Shown: piece after piece, positions 1 through 12,800 of the stretch | Numbering within the stretch: position 1 is the first letter of the stretch | Layout: each line of letters opens with the position of its first letter | Assembly (NCBI RefSeq): GCF_000150275.1 | Contig: NW_002060943.1 | Span: forward strand, 5,414,008 to 5,478,007 | Direction of reading: 5' to 3' | DNA from: Trichoplax adhaerens | Taxonomy: Eukaryota > Animalia > Placozoa | Length of the DNA: 64,000 nucleotides | The notes under the pieces: model-generated | Told to the model about the DNA's origin: nothing | Seen by the model: only the letters and a program-made list of their open reading frames with translations | The model's database searches: none | Translations under genes and position numbers: made by a program

Positions 1-520
1 TTAACTTCAGATGGATTGATATAGTATACGATGGAGTATGTAGTGAAAATAGCAAGTTTGAATCAATTTGCTGTTATATCAGTTTTTCCAGTAAGGAAAA
101 TTCAAATAGTATTGAGCTCAAAACAACCTAATTATACCCGTACAATTTATCTATGTCATTCTACTTTCGACACTGAGTCTCAGTGTCCAGCCAATTGTAA
201 GTATCATTATGAAAATAGGAGATGGTTACATCTTGAACAGTACTGTTACATACACTACTCTACAGTATGATTACGTTAAGAGATTACACAAGATTGGAGT
301 GAATGAATTTTCTACTACAGTAAAAGTGTTTTTTTAACGTATTATAAAACGTTTTATTCCTATTAAACAGGTAGTAATGGAATAAAAGTGAAACAATCTC
401 TATACTCTCTAGCACCTACAAGGAGAAGTGGTCTAAGAAAAAGAAAGGAGCATTGGACTGTGTGACTGTCCTATCCATAATCATGTTGAATGTATAATAA
501 TGAATGGTTGAAGAGGATAC

Positions 521-635
521 TGCGCACTTCTGGAGGCGGATAGATAATTCCAATGACGGGTTTGCTTGGCTCTTCTTCGATATTTTGCTCTCCATTGCCA
601 TTAGTCTCAATTTGCGAAGCTTCTACACTCGGCAT
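521..635 (-). CDS. SF3A1: Splicing factor 3A subunit 1, first coding exon (rest of gene is left of the window)
   Basis: ATG at 635 gives MPSVEASQ...EPSKPVIGIIYPPPEVR, matching the conserved SF3A1/Prp21 'GIIYPPPEVR(NIVDKTA)' motif that precedes SURP1. The exon ends in phase 1 at A|GTATCCTC. Confidence 0.9.
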
Positions 636-796
636 TTTGCCAAACTGAAAAACGAAGCAGCTTCTCTCTCGCTCAGTGTACAGTAGGCTACAGAAGACGT
701 CAGTAGAGAAGTCGACCACGTTTACCGCGTTGCTGACCTTACAGTAGTATCATCTTCAGTGTGTGTCATTCGCTGGAGTCCGACGTCACAGTCATT

Positions 797-1680
797 ATAC
801 TGTACAGTACTGTATGGTTACAGTACAGTACAGTGTACAGTGTACGGTACGCTAGAAAGAGACGCAACAGAACAGGAAAACCCTTGTTTCTACTACAGTA
901 CTTTATACTGTAGTATACGAATACTGTACTGTAATGTGGAGGCTGATTCTACAGTACATTTTACTGGTCATTTCAACTCTATCGCATGTTTGTAACAGCA
1001 CCCTACAGTATAACGTCCACGATCGCTATCCAAAATTGGCTGCTATTAGCCTGCTTAGCCTACTAAGCTTGGTTTTAAGCAATATGGTCTACAGTTTCAT
1101 CGCTAGCTTATAGTAGAATGCGTAAAAAAGTGGTAAACCTCTACATTATTTTGCACTGAAGCCGTTTCGTCGCTTCTTTTTAGATAGTAGTCCATAGTGC
1201 TGCCATATCCATTGCGACGTTGGTGACACCGGCATACTGTGCAGTACACTGTGCAAATGTGTACATCACGGCAGTGACGAGTGACTGTTTACGCGTAGTA
1301 CAGTAGTGTCACAACCCAATCGCCACGATCGTCACATTATTGTATCACACATACAGTATGACAGTAAACTGTATTCATGTAGTATTACTACAGTAGTACG
1401 ACGGCATGTTTGAGTATCATGGCACTGCCTACTTGTACAGTGTACAGTACAAATAAGAGGCCTTTCTTTACAGTGAAATACTGTACTGTACTGACTATTG
1501 ACTGAACTGTAGTGCCATTGCTGTTGGTACTGTATAACGTCCGTGTTTACCGTTGCTAGTACTGTTGTAGTCATCAATACTGACGTCTGTACAGTATTGA
1601 GCTGAGTACTCACTTACTGGGCTACTGAGTATAGTGTAGTACGTACATACAGGAGGACGTATGTACTGTACCGTCAACGT
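797..1680. repeat. TACAGTA/TACTGTA motif cluster in the SF3A1/PHF13 divergent intergenic region
   Basis: Many copies of TACAGT/ACTGTA/TGTACA in both orientations, e.g. ATACTGTACAGTACTGTATGGTTACAGTACAGTACAGTGTACAGTGTAC. Confidence 0.75.
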
Positions 1681-2655
1681 CAAGGTTTATTTGTCACGGG
1701 AGAAACCTTCCCAACGTTATTCTCCAGCGCTAAGCATTGGCACGCACAACATTTCTTTCTGTGGAATATTGGTAGTTTAATGAATCTCTTCTTTCAAGCA
1801 TAAATCGATCATAACGTTGTAAGCGTCGACGTTAATACATGTCGGAGCAACCTCTTAGTGTTAGAGGATTACAGTATCGATTGGAATCATCGTACGGTGT
1901 CTTATTTTCGTCCTAATCATAACGAGAAATCCTGTGTCAAGATCGGAACAGATTTGGTTTCGCAGCCTTCTTGGTACTTTTTGATTGTAGCGTAAGCTCT
2001 TAGCGAAGTTCGCTACTGTCAGATGCCCAATAGTAAAGTAAAAGTGGAAGGAGTTAAACTCGAAGCCAGTAAGTGCAGAATGAAATGGATGACATGATAT
2101 CAGATTATTCTCCATAGTTGTAAATCATCTTCAATTCCTATCAAAAGTCTCGTCCAAGTGTCTGACATGATCCGGCAATCACATTGATTGAATCAGACAC
2201 AGTTTTGCTGTAGTGACTGCCACTGTTTGGATGAAATAGCGCTGTTGATATATAACAAATTGACTGTGTAGTAACTGAATACTTGTTGTTGATTGTATTT
2301 TTTCTTTTTTTATTTCAATGGCGATACTTAGATATAGCTGTCACTAGACAGGCTCCTTCTCAGGTGAGTGAATCTTGTCTGCTCTTCGCATAGAAAAGTA
2401 TTGTGTCTATAGAAGGTGCTATCGTAGAGGATACTCTACTGTACATACGTGATTTGTTCCAATTTAGCCAAGCTAAATTTTATTGGCCAACTTTAACGAA
2501 GATGTTGAGTGTTTCTGTACTATTATTGTATAACTTGAACTATCCCTTCTATAAGAGCGTGTACCACGATTACAATTGTAGTCTCATAAAATAGGGCTAT
2601 ATCTTGTCGAGATGCTTTATGTCATCAATTTTATCATTTTGTGAATAACGTTCAG

Positions 2656-5065
2656 ATATCTTACCCCGAGCCAAAGAAACCTAGGACCGTAGAAGATTTC
2701 AATCTTATGGTGAACTACATATTGGATTACGTTGCTAAAGAGGTTAGACTTTTGTTTTACTGATCTCTCATTTTTTTTTAAATTCTACTTTCTGAACAAC
2801 GTTATCACGTAACACCAAGTCAGATTGATTGTAACCTGAAGGCGCTTACTGTACTCTACTACATGACTGTTGATTAACCATGGACTGTGGACTGACTCGT
2901 GTCATAAGCATTCTTCGAAGCTATTCCCTTTTACTAGATATTTGAAGTACTATACACCCACAGTACTGTGATCATAAACGTCCAAAAATCTGTATTTTGT
3001 CCTTCAAGATAAAATCCTCGGTTTTAAAACTCTCCAATATTGTTATGGAATTATAATTGTTATATACTGTACTGTACAGTAAATGTTTTGCTCTCCAAGC
3101 ATTTTAGTCTTATAAACTGCACTTTAATAAATTCTAATTACAATGTAAAATGTTATACTGTACTTGTACGCAGCATGATTCAAGAGTAATCACTACTTTT
3201 CTACCAAGTACCGCAAACAGGTTGAGACATTTCAAAGCAGAAAGCTATGTCCTCATTTTTGCCATTCCATTTTATGAACTTAGATGGCGATGTTTTGTGC
3301 TTTATTTACCCCCTCAATGTATGGTTATCGTACACTTCATGCCTCTTGCTAAATGGTCTCAATTGAAACGATCACTGCATATTCTTCGTAGACTTTCCTA
3401 GTGCCTGATAATTCGTCGTAAATGTTTCTTACAACTTTCAGAACTTTTCTTATTTTTCGACGATTGAACTTCTTTCAGTGCAGTTGCGTTTTAGAAACAT
3501 GTCATGACTGAATGCGGTATATTGATACTTAGCCAGTACTGGACTATATTTTGTATCAATCTTTGTGCTTTCTATATTGTTTCCTGTACAGTGTGCAGTT
3601 CCGTAGTCATAGCCCTACAGTACTATACGATATAGTGTACCACGGTACAAGTCAACCTCCTATGTTTAACCCTACAGACGGACGGAAGTATACAGTACAC
3701 CGGTACAGTGAAAGAAAGAGTACTGTACTAGTGTACAGTACAAGTACTGTAGGAAATGGAGCGAAAAGCGGTTCATTTCTTTGGACGATACACACGCCTG
3801 CCGAGTACGGTACAGTACATACAGTACACTATTTAATTAAAGTACAGTACAGTACTGTAGATCGAACTTTTCATTCATCGGGTGTTGCCTTTTGTAACAG
3901 CAAACATTAAACATAAAAATGTTTGTTTCGTGCCAGACTCGATAATAATCCGCGACAGTATAGTAATATCATTTCTTAGAAGGTATAATTTCACTAGTGA
4001 GCTTTATTGATTAGACGATAATGCAATGAATTGATTATATAGTCACACGTACTGAAGTACAATGGTACACTTTGAGTGTACACTGTACAGTACTGTATAC
4101 TACTAGTGGTTACAACTCCTAGTAACTTTGTCATTCTATGACTTCAAGTGCTATACGTTTTTGTGGTATGCCGATATTACTCGGCAGACAATGCATCATA
4201 CAAGCAAAGAAACACTTATGAATAATTGCAATACATCTCTTGTGTCATAGAGAAGTTGAGGAGTTTACTCTTCTTCAATTAAACGTACAGTACATCAAAG
4301 TTAGCAATATTAATCTGCGACTTGTATTCTAATCATTTTGTGTACCCATTTATTTGAATGAATGAACAGGACGTTGACGGAAGACTGATAAACTCTAGCC
4401 CTAACAGTATGGATTCCACTGCTACGGCTTCTAGTCCATCGCCTATATTGCATAATGATTCCGATAGGAGCGATTTTGAATCTGGTACGGAAATACATTT
4501 CGAATTTTTTATATCCAAGTTCATACTAGCAGTTTACAGAGTACTAAAAATTCATTCATACTAATAGAAAGTAATGTAAATAACTCATTTTGAATTCCTT
4601 AGTTGGGCTAAAGATAGCTATAAATTGATTTCAATTTTAGCTGCAATTTTATTCTGAGTGGTAGAGATTTTTAATGTTAATTTTCTGTATGTTGCATATA
4701 ATAGAGGATGAAGGCTATCACACTGTTACATGCTACTGTGCTAAACCATTTGCTGGTATGTTTTTAAACATAATGAATCTAAATCTGTGAATAATTTATA
4801 CATATAATTGCCGATCAATATTCTTTGTCGTTATTATAAGATTGTTATGGTGCCTCCTTTGATTTTACTTTTATAACTATTCGCAGGTCGACCTATGATC
4901 GAGTGTTCTGAGTGTAATACATGGATCCACCTATCATGCGCAAAGATTAGAAAATCAAACGTACCTGAGGTATTTATATGTCAACGTTGTAAGGATGCCA
5001 AATATGCCATACGACGATCTGCTCGTGTAAAAAATCAATCAAAACATAGACACAGTCGTGTATGA
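2656..5065 (+). CDS. PHF13: PHF13/PHF23-family PHD finger protein (start codon unresolved; probable extra exon ending at 2363)
   Basis: Exons 2656-2742 ([20 protein letters not shown], resembling the PHF13/23 N-terminal RTIEDFN motif), 4370-4484, 4705-4755 and 4887-5065. They give [44 protein letters not shown], near-identical to the PHF13/23 PHD. Introns are GT-AG with consistent phases. Confidence 0.88.
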
Positions 5066-6474
5066 TATTACATTTATTCCCAAGCGATTATTCAATTCGG
5101 AATGCGTATTGGCTATAAGTGGTCGTCCTTTCGTTGTTTATTGACTTAGTTAATGTGTTATATATAAAATAACTATTTGTATATTGGCATTTGCTTCATT
5201 GCTTGCTAGTTGAAGTATAGTAATAATTAATTGAACATTGAATTGTTATCAATGAAGCTTTAGCATCGCTTCAAATAATAAGACATCATTAGAACACGCA
5301 AAATGTTATAAATTACCCTATCCCAGGATTCACTATTGTCATACTAACGATTAAATCATTATAGTAAGATTGTACACTCAAATTAGTGCGCCATTAGACC
5401 GAAAATTGCTAATCTTTGTTGTAAATTTCTATCAATTATAATCCGTCTAATAGTCTCATTTTTATAACAACTTTCTTTATGTGATATTGTTCAGTGCTTA
5501 GTAATAACGACTATTGCCGCTTGCTGTGCGCGTAAATGATCGTCATGTAATAACTACCGAAAATTTTGCTTTTTTATATCTCAAATTGTTTGCTATGGGT
5601 GATACTATAGTTCAACTACGTATTACCGGTGGTAATTATCGTACTAATTTATGAGGAATAAGGTAATTTTTTGTAGCAATCAGCTGTTAATGTACAGTAT
5701 GTCGAAAGAAGTTGATTGTCCTAAAATCCAAGCTGTTAGATGGTATTTGCCTGTATTGTTACTGATCAATTGCAATAGTTGCCATTTTAAATAATTCTAT
5801 CGACCTGTATTATACTATATATTAATGTTATGATATTAAGGTTTAAGATAACTAGTCATCAGGCGCATTTGTATGGTATACTCGCATGTTAACCTCACAT
5901 TGGATATTTACGAATTGTAGATGCCCGAAGGTTTATTAACTTATAATTATATTTTTATATTTAAATCATCTTTCATTAAATATTAAAATGAGAAGGTGGT
6001 TTTGACTATTATTATTTGATGCGGTGAGTCTGCGGATGATGAGATAACGGTTATAGTATAAAAGGAACACGTTAAACGTTTCAATCTACACCAAGGACTA
6101 CTAGAAAAGTCTCTTCGTGTACTCCTTGTCCACACTAGCCGTGCAACTCTATGTATTGTATAATATCTTGCACGTACGTTTCAGAGCTGTGATAGCATGG
6201 TAAGAAATTGGAAACATATCCATGCAAGTTGTAACAAGCACATTTTAGTGCATCGCAAGCCGCTCTCAAGATGACGATTCCTCTGTACTGTACTGCATAG
6301 TATTTACGATAACAAATATCATCCTAGATAGAGAGATAAGTCATACTACAATAGTATTGGTAATCGATGCGAATCTGGCAGACAACTGCATGCAAGTTGT
6401 AATGTTACCCTAAAGCATAAAATTAAGTCCAAATAAAGGATCAGAAGTCTTTTGAGACGCAATATTATTATATA

Positions 6475-6700
6475 TACTGTATACCGATATACTGTACGGT
6501 AGAGTACATCACTTTAATGTTTTTATTTTATTTTATTAACGTGTACTGTACACTGTACACTGTACAGTATGAGGACACTATGGAACTTTAAAGCTGTAGA
6601 GTACAGTACAGTGTACTGTATGAGAAAGTACTGTACTATACTGTACAGTGTACAGTACAGTGATCTTCGAGTTGGACTGCAGTCAGAAAGTACTGTACTA
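6475..6700. repeat. TACAGTA/TACTGTA motif cluster upstream of NCKAP1
   Basis: GTACTGTACACTGTACACTGTACAGTA ... TACTGTACAGTGTACAGTACAG, 170-400 bp upstream of the ATG. Confidence 0.75.
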
Positions 6701-6873
6701 GAATTCCATGGCGATGTGTGTGGCTAGTTCACGGCCGAACGATTCGGTACTGTGCCAAACGCCTCCCTCAGCATACTGATTTAACTGACTAGTGATAGAG
6801 TACTGGACTATGCTTCCCATCTCAGTGACAAAAAGAAGGAGTACAAGTCGAAAGTCCGCTTACGTGATTCAAG

Positions 6874-9800
6874 ATGGAGAGAGTTTACAGTATCGAGGAA
6901 CAAAAAGTCGCAGAAAAGTTAACTATCCTTAATTCCCGATGTATTGGAATGTTAACACAATTATATAACGTCAAAAAGGTTAGGGCATACTTTTCGTTAT
7001 AGTTATTTCGGTCTAAAATAGGATAAAAGACGTTGATGTTTTCACTGCTCTCAATGCAAATCTCTCTAGACACTGACACTTGAGATTGTACATGATTTCT
7101 ATTTGTATATAGAGTGTTGTGCATTTATTACTAGTGTTCACTGTTACCAGTTATTATTTGATTAAATGTATTATACAAAATGGATGCGTTAATACATAAT
7201 ATTAGGATATCATCGTCTTTCGTCAAGGAATATGTGAAAATTTCAATATTCTGGTAAATTGGACGTATTACGAACATCCTCGTACTGTATTGATCACCAA
7301 TAGATAGTTGAAGTATTGTACAAGTGGACAGTACTCTAGAGATTTGTGAATAGTAGTAGACTTATTAGCTTCCAGTAAATTTGGCGATGTTCCTTTGAAA
7401 AGTGTCAAATCGGAGTAGGGATATACCAACACTAACCTACAGTCCTGTCATTATCATTAGGGACACCTAGCGCTCCAGATAGTTTATTATAGAACTTTCG
7501 TAATCATACGTTTACTGTCACGAAACTCTTATCACGGCCACTATATGACGAGTAATGCAAACAGATTGACTGTCAACTAATGATGGATGGTCACAGGACT
7601 GTAGTATATTAGTAGTATACGTGATAGTTTTTAGATAGTTTCAGCCAAGGTGGTAGAATAATTTAATGAAAGGTAGCAGGAGCGAGTAGACTAGTGTTGC
7701 ATCACCGGAGTAGACCCTGCCTGTATCGCTCTATTTTTTTATTAATCTTACAATTGAATCCTAATCATATCCGATTGTGCTCAGTGTACTGTAATATTCA
7801 CTATACAACTGGTAGATGTTTACGCAGGTAGGATGTACAGAGTTTATTCTTGAATGATGATTATTTACAGGTTGCATAGGATATTACGTGTGTCTTTCAG
7901 TTGCTGTTATAGGAATATGATTCAGCTAAAAGTACCGTATTTATTCCCTTAAAGTCACCAATATCTCATCAGGTGACCTTCTAACTTACTATTTCGTTAC
8001 TTCAATTGATACCTTCTTGGATATTAAATCTAGGCTTGTGGAGATTCCAATTCCAGGCCGAAATATTTCACAGAGAAGAATTATGAACCTTTAATTTCCA
8101 GAATTCAAAAGAAATTTCCTAACGTTGATATGTCGAAAGATAAAGTAAGTTTACTTGTCCTTTTGGCTAACAACCTACAAACATTTTAGCTGACCTGCTA
8201 ACTTGAATACAATATTGAGGTGGACGATAGATTTCAATTTGATACATTGAGTACCTGTAGAATATCGGAGTATTACGAATTACAGAATTTTAAAATACTC
8301 GTACACTCGCGTATGTTCTAAAGAACTTCTACTACCGTAGTTTCTGCAACTAGGGATTATACCATTACCGTGCCGTGATTATACTGATAATTAAACTGCT
8401 TTTTAGATAATATCGCAGCTACTAAAGGACTGCTATCAAGATGTATCCAGCACCTTGCATTATTATTATCAAACCTTTGTAGATATCCTAGATTTTGTGG
8501 TAGGTGTTTTAAAACGATCGGTTTCTCTTGAAATCAGTTAATTTTAAATTTTACCCCGAATTTAAGAGAAATATTTTTATTATCATTATTTATATACATT
8601 TTAGGATTCCACAAGAGAGGTTTTAACTTCCTTAAATGTCGGCGGTATCTTTTGTGACCTGGTATAACAATCTCGTTTCATACCGCACAGTATTTATTGA
8701 TGATGTTGTGCTGAGCTACCTAAGCGTATGCCTACTGATAGTCATAGCTTCCACTTCCTCTTAATAGCAGATAAAATATTCATTATAATTGAGTCTTATT
8801 TGTGTAGTAATGCGATATTAGCAACTAAGAGAGGTCAAGTTATTTTATATGAGCTGTCGAAGTACTATATTTACTGATAGTCGCAATGCAGTTGACAACA
8901 GAGGAAACCTTGCAGGCATAAATGGATTATAAATTGAATAGTTTTGAAAAGAATTTCATTAATTTGAATTGCAGAAGGCACCGTTCTTTTGATGATTTTG
9001 CGTCGAGTATCATTTAGATTGTGGTCCTTATTATTAAATTTTTACTCTAGACGATTAATTTCGACCTGTGCAGTAATTTCCTGGAATTAATCACCAATTA
9101 TTGCAAGCTGATGATTTTAATGGGTCGTGTAGAGGACCGTAAAATAATCGTAATTCTATTCAATGCTGCTTATGAGATGCAGAACGGTTCAACGTACGTA
9201 TGATTAAATTTTTTAATCGTTAACTATTGCATATTAATTAAGTGACTTACCGGTAGTGCGATCAGTAGTGATTTTTAAAAGGTAACAGAATATTCTTTGT
9301 CAATTACCATACTCATTAGGGAGCAATCGTTTCATAGACTAACTTCGTTGCTAGTAGAATTTGAGAATCCATTGAAGAAGCTTATGGAGGAATTTTCCTT
9401 CCACGCAAAGGTTGATATTCTTAAATTTTTGTCGACATAGATTACCACTTGAAGATGTGTCTATCAATTTAAGCTTTCATTTATTCGCTCCTTTTATATT
9501 ATAATTATTTACTATAGAATTTGAAAAGCGCACTGCTATCATTAACCGAAATTTATCGTGGAAAATTTGCAGTAAAGGTAAAAGCCTTCGTTATCGTTCA
9601 CATTATCATTAAAGTTATACAAATGCTATCCATTATGCTACCAAGATTAAAATTGTAAGTTTATGTTTATATTCTTGGTAGGAAACAGTAAACGGACTCA
9701 TTGGTATTATTTCTAGGCCTATGCGCATTAAAAACGTTGCGAAGACTCCGAAGGTAACTTCGCAATACATGCAGTGTGTACTTTAGAGCAGTTTTATGAT

Positions 9801-12800
9801 ATCACGTAACTTAAAATGCTGAATATTACCTATTATAGATGCGCTCTGATTTATTACTAAGAAACGTCATGAATGAATGGATCATCAGTAAGTTAATAAA
9901 TTTAAACTCTTACATGGAGTCGATATTTTTTTTATTCACCTACAATTCTTAATAGTCATATTTAGTGTAATTTATAGATAAGACATGCAAAACTACCAAT
10001 TTATTATTGATCTAATAGTAATGGTCTTCATTTTAGTTGGATTCCTTTTGCATCAACTTCAATTTACGGAAAATGAATCACATGACCTTTGGAAAGAGGC
10101 GCTACAGGATTGTTTTTGTTTCCCGTTATACCGGGATGAAGTTGTTATTGTACAGCGATTATATGAAATACCTTACATACAAAATAACAAAGTGTAAGTA
10201 GATCACGATCGCAATATTAATTAAAAGTAGGTCTATTTTAAATATTTATCTGCTGACTAAAAGATGCAATGATTTTGTAATTTGAGTAGTTTATCTAAGC
10301 GTCTAAAGGAAGTTACCGATTACACTGCATTTGCTGTTACTCAAAGGTAACGTAGGTTTAGGATATCTTTGATGGTACACAACATCAAGACATTATAAAG
10401 CTATATTTTTGAGGAGCTAGCGATCTAATACCCTATCGTATCATCTTTAGCGGAGTCAAGCACAAAGAGATTCGCAACATCTTAAAGCTTTCCCTTAACG
10501 AATTACGACTCATCTTCACTGATCAACCTGGTTTATTAGGTCCTAAAGTATGTTCATACTATCATCTTAGAATGATCGTGTTTCTCATATTTGCATTGTC
10601 ATGAATTTAAATAGATTATATCTGAATTTTTACTATTGCTTATAGGCTCATGCTGCTATGGTGTTGCTGTCCTTAACAAAAAATGAGATTCAATGGTTGG
10701 TGCATCATTCGGAAAACATTCCACTGAAATTCAGAAATAAAGTTAACGCCGATGATTACCAGGAAGAGTATGAGACATATAACATTTATTAATTAGTATT
10801 AAGTTAACGACAGAAGAAGTATTCTAATAACCTACATTTATTTCGTATTAGAAATTTAGGCGAGATGCTATTTTGCTTGTTGGAAATTAGAGGTTAGTTG
10901 ATTGTGATATACTATTTTCAAAGTCATTTAGTACTAATACTATTTACACGCTGTTTTAGCAATGTTCAAGAAACATGAGGATATTGTTCGTGATTATTAC
11001 ATTCGATATATATCAGAAGGAGATTCTGCGAAATTTTCTGAAGTTTGCAAAGTCAGTAGCAAAACCTTACTATGTGATTAAATTAAACATCAGCTTATCC
11101 TTACAGTTTTTTAATAGTAACACTGGTTATTTACAAATATTTTTAATTATTTTTGTTATGTTAAAGAAATATCCTGCATTAGATGCAGAATATCATCAGC
11201 TGATAACTTCATTAATGAATGCGATGAAAGATTTGTCGGTAGCTGAAGGTAAACTAACGTTTAGGGCTGACACTATATTCAAAAGCTCACCTCCAAATAC
11301 GGCTGTGTAACATCTTGGGATTGATTTTTCTTTTTATTTCATATCAATTTTAGAAGATCAAAATAGTTACGATTTAAATGCCTTTAGATTGGACTGGTTC
11401 AGGCTTCAAGTTAGTTTCATCTTATAATTCTATTTGAAAGATATTGTATCTGATTGATATAAAGTTGCTGGTAGTTGTTAGTTCCTGTCTCAAGTTTTCT
11501 GTAGCCCACCTTGACATTAAGCATTAGTCTGCTTTGATTTACTAGGCTTATACAAGTGTGGCAAAACCTATGGTTTCCATACGATCTGTTCCTGAATTTG
11601 TTACTTTAATGGATGCGGCTGTATCTCATTCTTATTACGTTGATGGCTATGAGAAATACCTGGATCGTATTTCTGACATGTCCTTTTTATTGTACGTGCA
11701 CCAAATTGAGCAAAGTAGTCGTAATTTCTTATTCGTAACGAAATTTTTATTTGTTACCTGCAATTTCTGGCATGAGTTGTGCCCACTAAACTGTGGTAAA
11801 TATATCCTATAATATAGCTTCTTTTCGAACTTCTTTCGATTCAATTTTGGAAACTGCATCGAAGATTATCGATTTTCAAGGTTGATTTCTTCTGTTGTTT
11901 TTCCTTATATTTTTACTTCTTTAATTGACTACATCGAAATCAATGATACTGCGGTAAAATGGTTAACATAGTATGTTTATGATGCAGGTATGCTATCGCC
12001 TTTCCAATGGCTTGCGATCACTTTGTTGTATGTACAAACGAATTCTGCCCGGAAGAGGTGAATTAGAATTAATTATGATGAATGTGATTAGTACAGCTTT
12101 GCAAAATTACATTCTAAGATTTTGCTATAGGTAATAGTATTTTATGTTTCTATATAATTAGCGATCACCTATCCGCCATAGAAGTGTATTATCAGCAGAA
12201 AGATGTTTAGAAGACATGGCTAAACAGACAGCATATCATTTAGAGGAACTTTGCAGGGAGCTAATTAAATTTGAACAACAGGTAAAGAACAGGATACTAT
12301 ATGCTTTTTTAGGTTTTATTATACGAAAATTTCAATGACGCTTATGATCGCGTTATAATAGGTATTACCTGTTAATGCAGCAAACATGTTAAAGCAAGTT
12401 GCCACAAAGACAAAGAAAAAACAGAAGGATAAAACGCGAATAAAAGAATTTATTACTCCAGGAACAGAAAGTTTCCGAAAAAGCCGAGAGAATATAACGA
12501 GGTGTTATACCATTTGCCTATCAGAACCAATTTTACAATTCTGGAAATGCTATTTTTCAGATCGAATATTTTACGTATAGACGTCACTATGTCACACTAT
12601 CTCTTAGTTACTTTTCTATAACTTTATGCTTGACATCGATTTTTGTTCTTTTGCACCGGATACTAGAGTCGACCGAAGTGTTACTTCTGTTACTGAGTTA
12701 CTTGCAGCTTTCACTCACTTTGATTCGATACGCGTTGCAAATGCGACTCTCTGCCCTATTGAGTACCTACGAAATGTGATAGAAGATACTTTTAGTGGGT

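Noticed and set aside
759-1683. Short Y/C/T/V/Q-rich ORFs (also 3551-3910 and 33322-34380)
   Set aside because: They are translation artefacts of TACAGT/ACTGTA arrays.
3200-3500. Possible Tc1-like transposase remnant on the - strand (…[14 protein letters not shown]…)
   Set aside because: Multiple stops, no DDE motif or TIRs; the resemblance is too weak.
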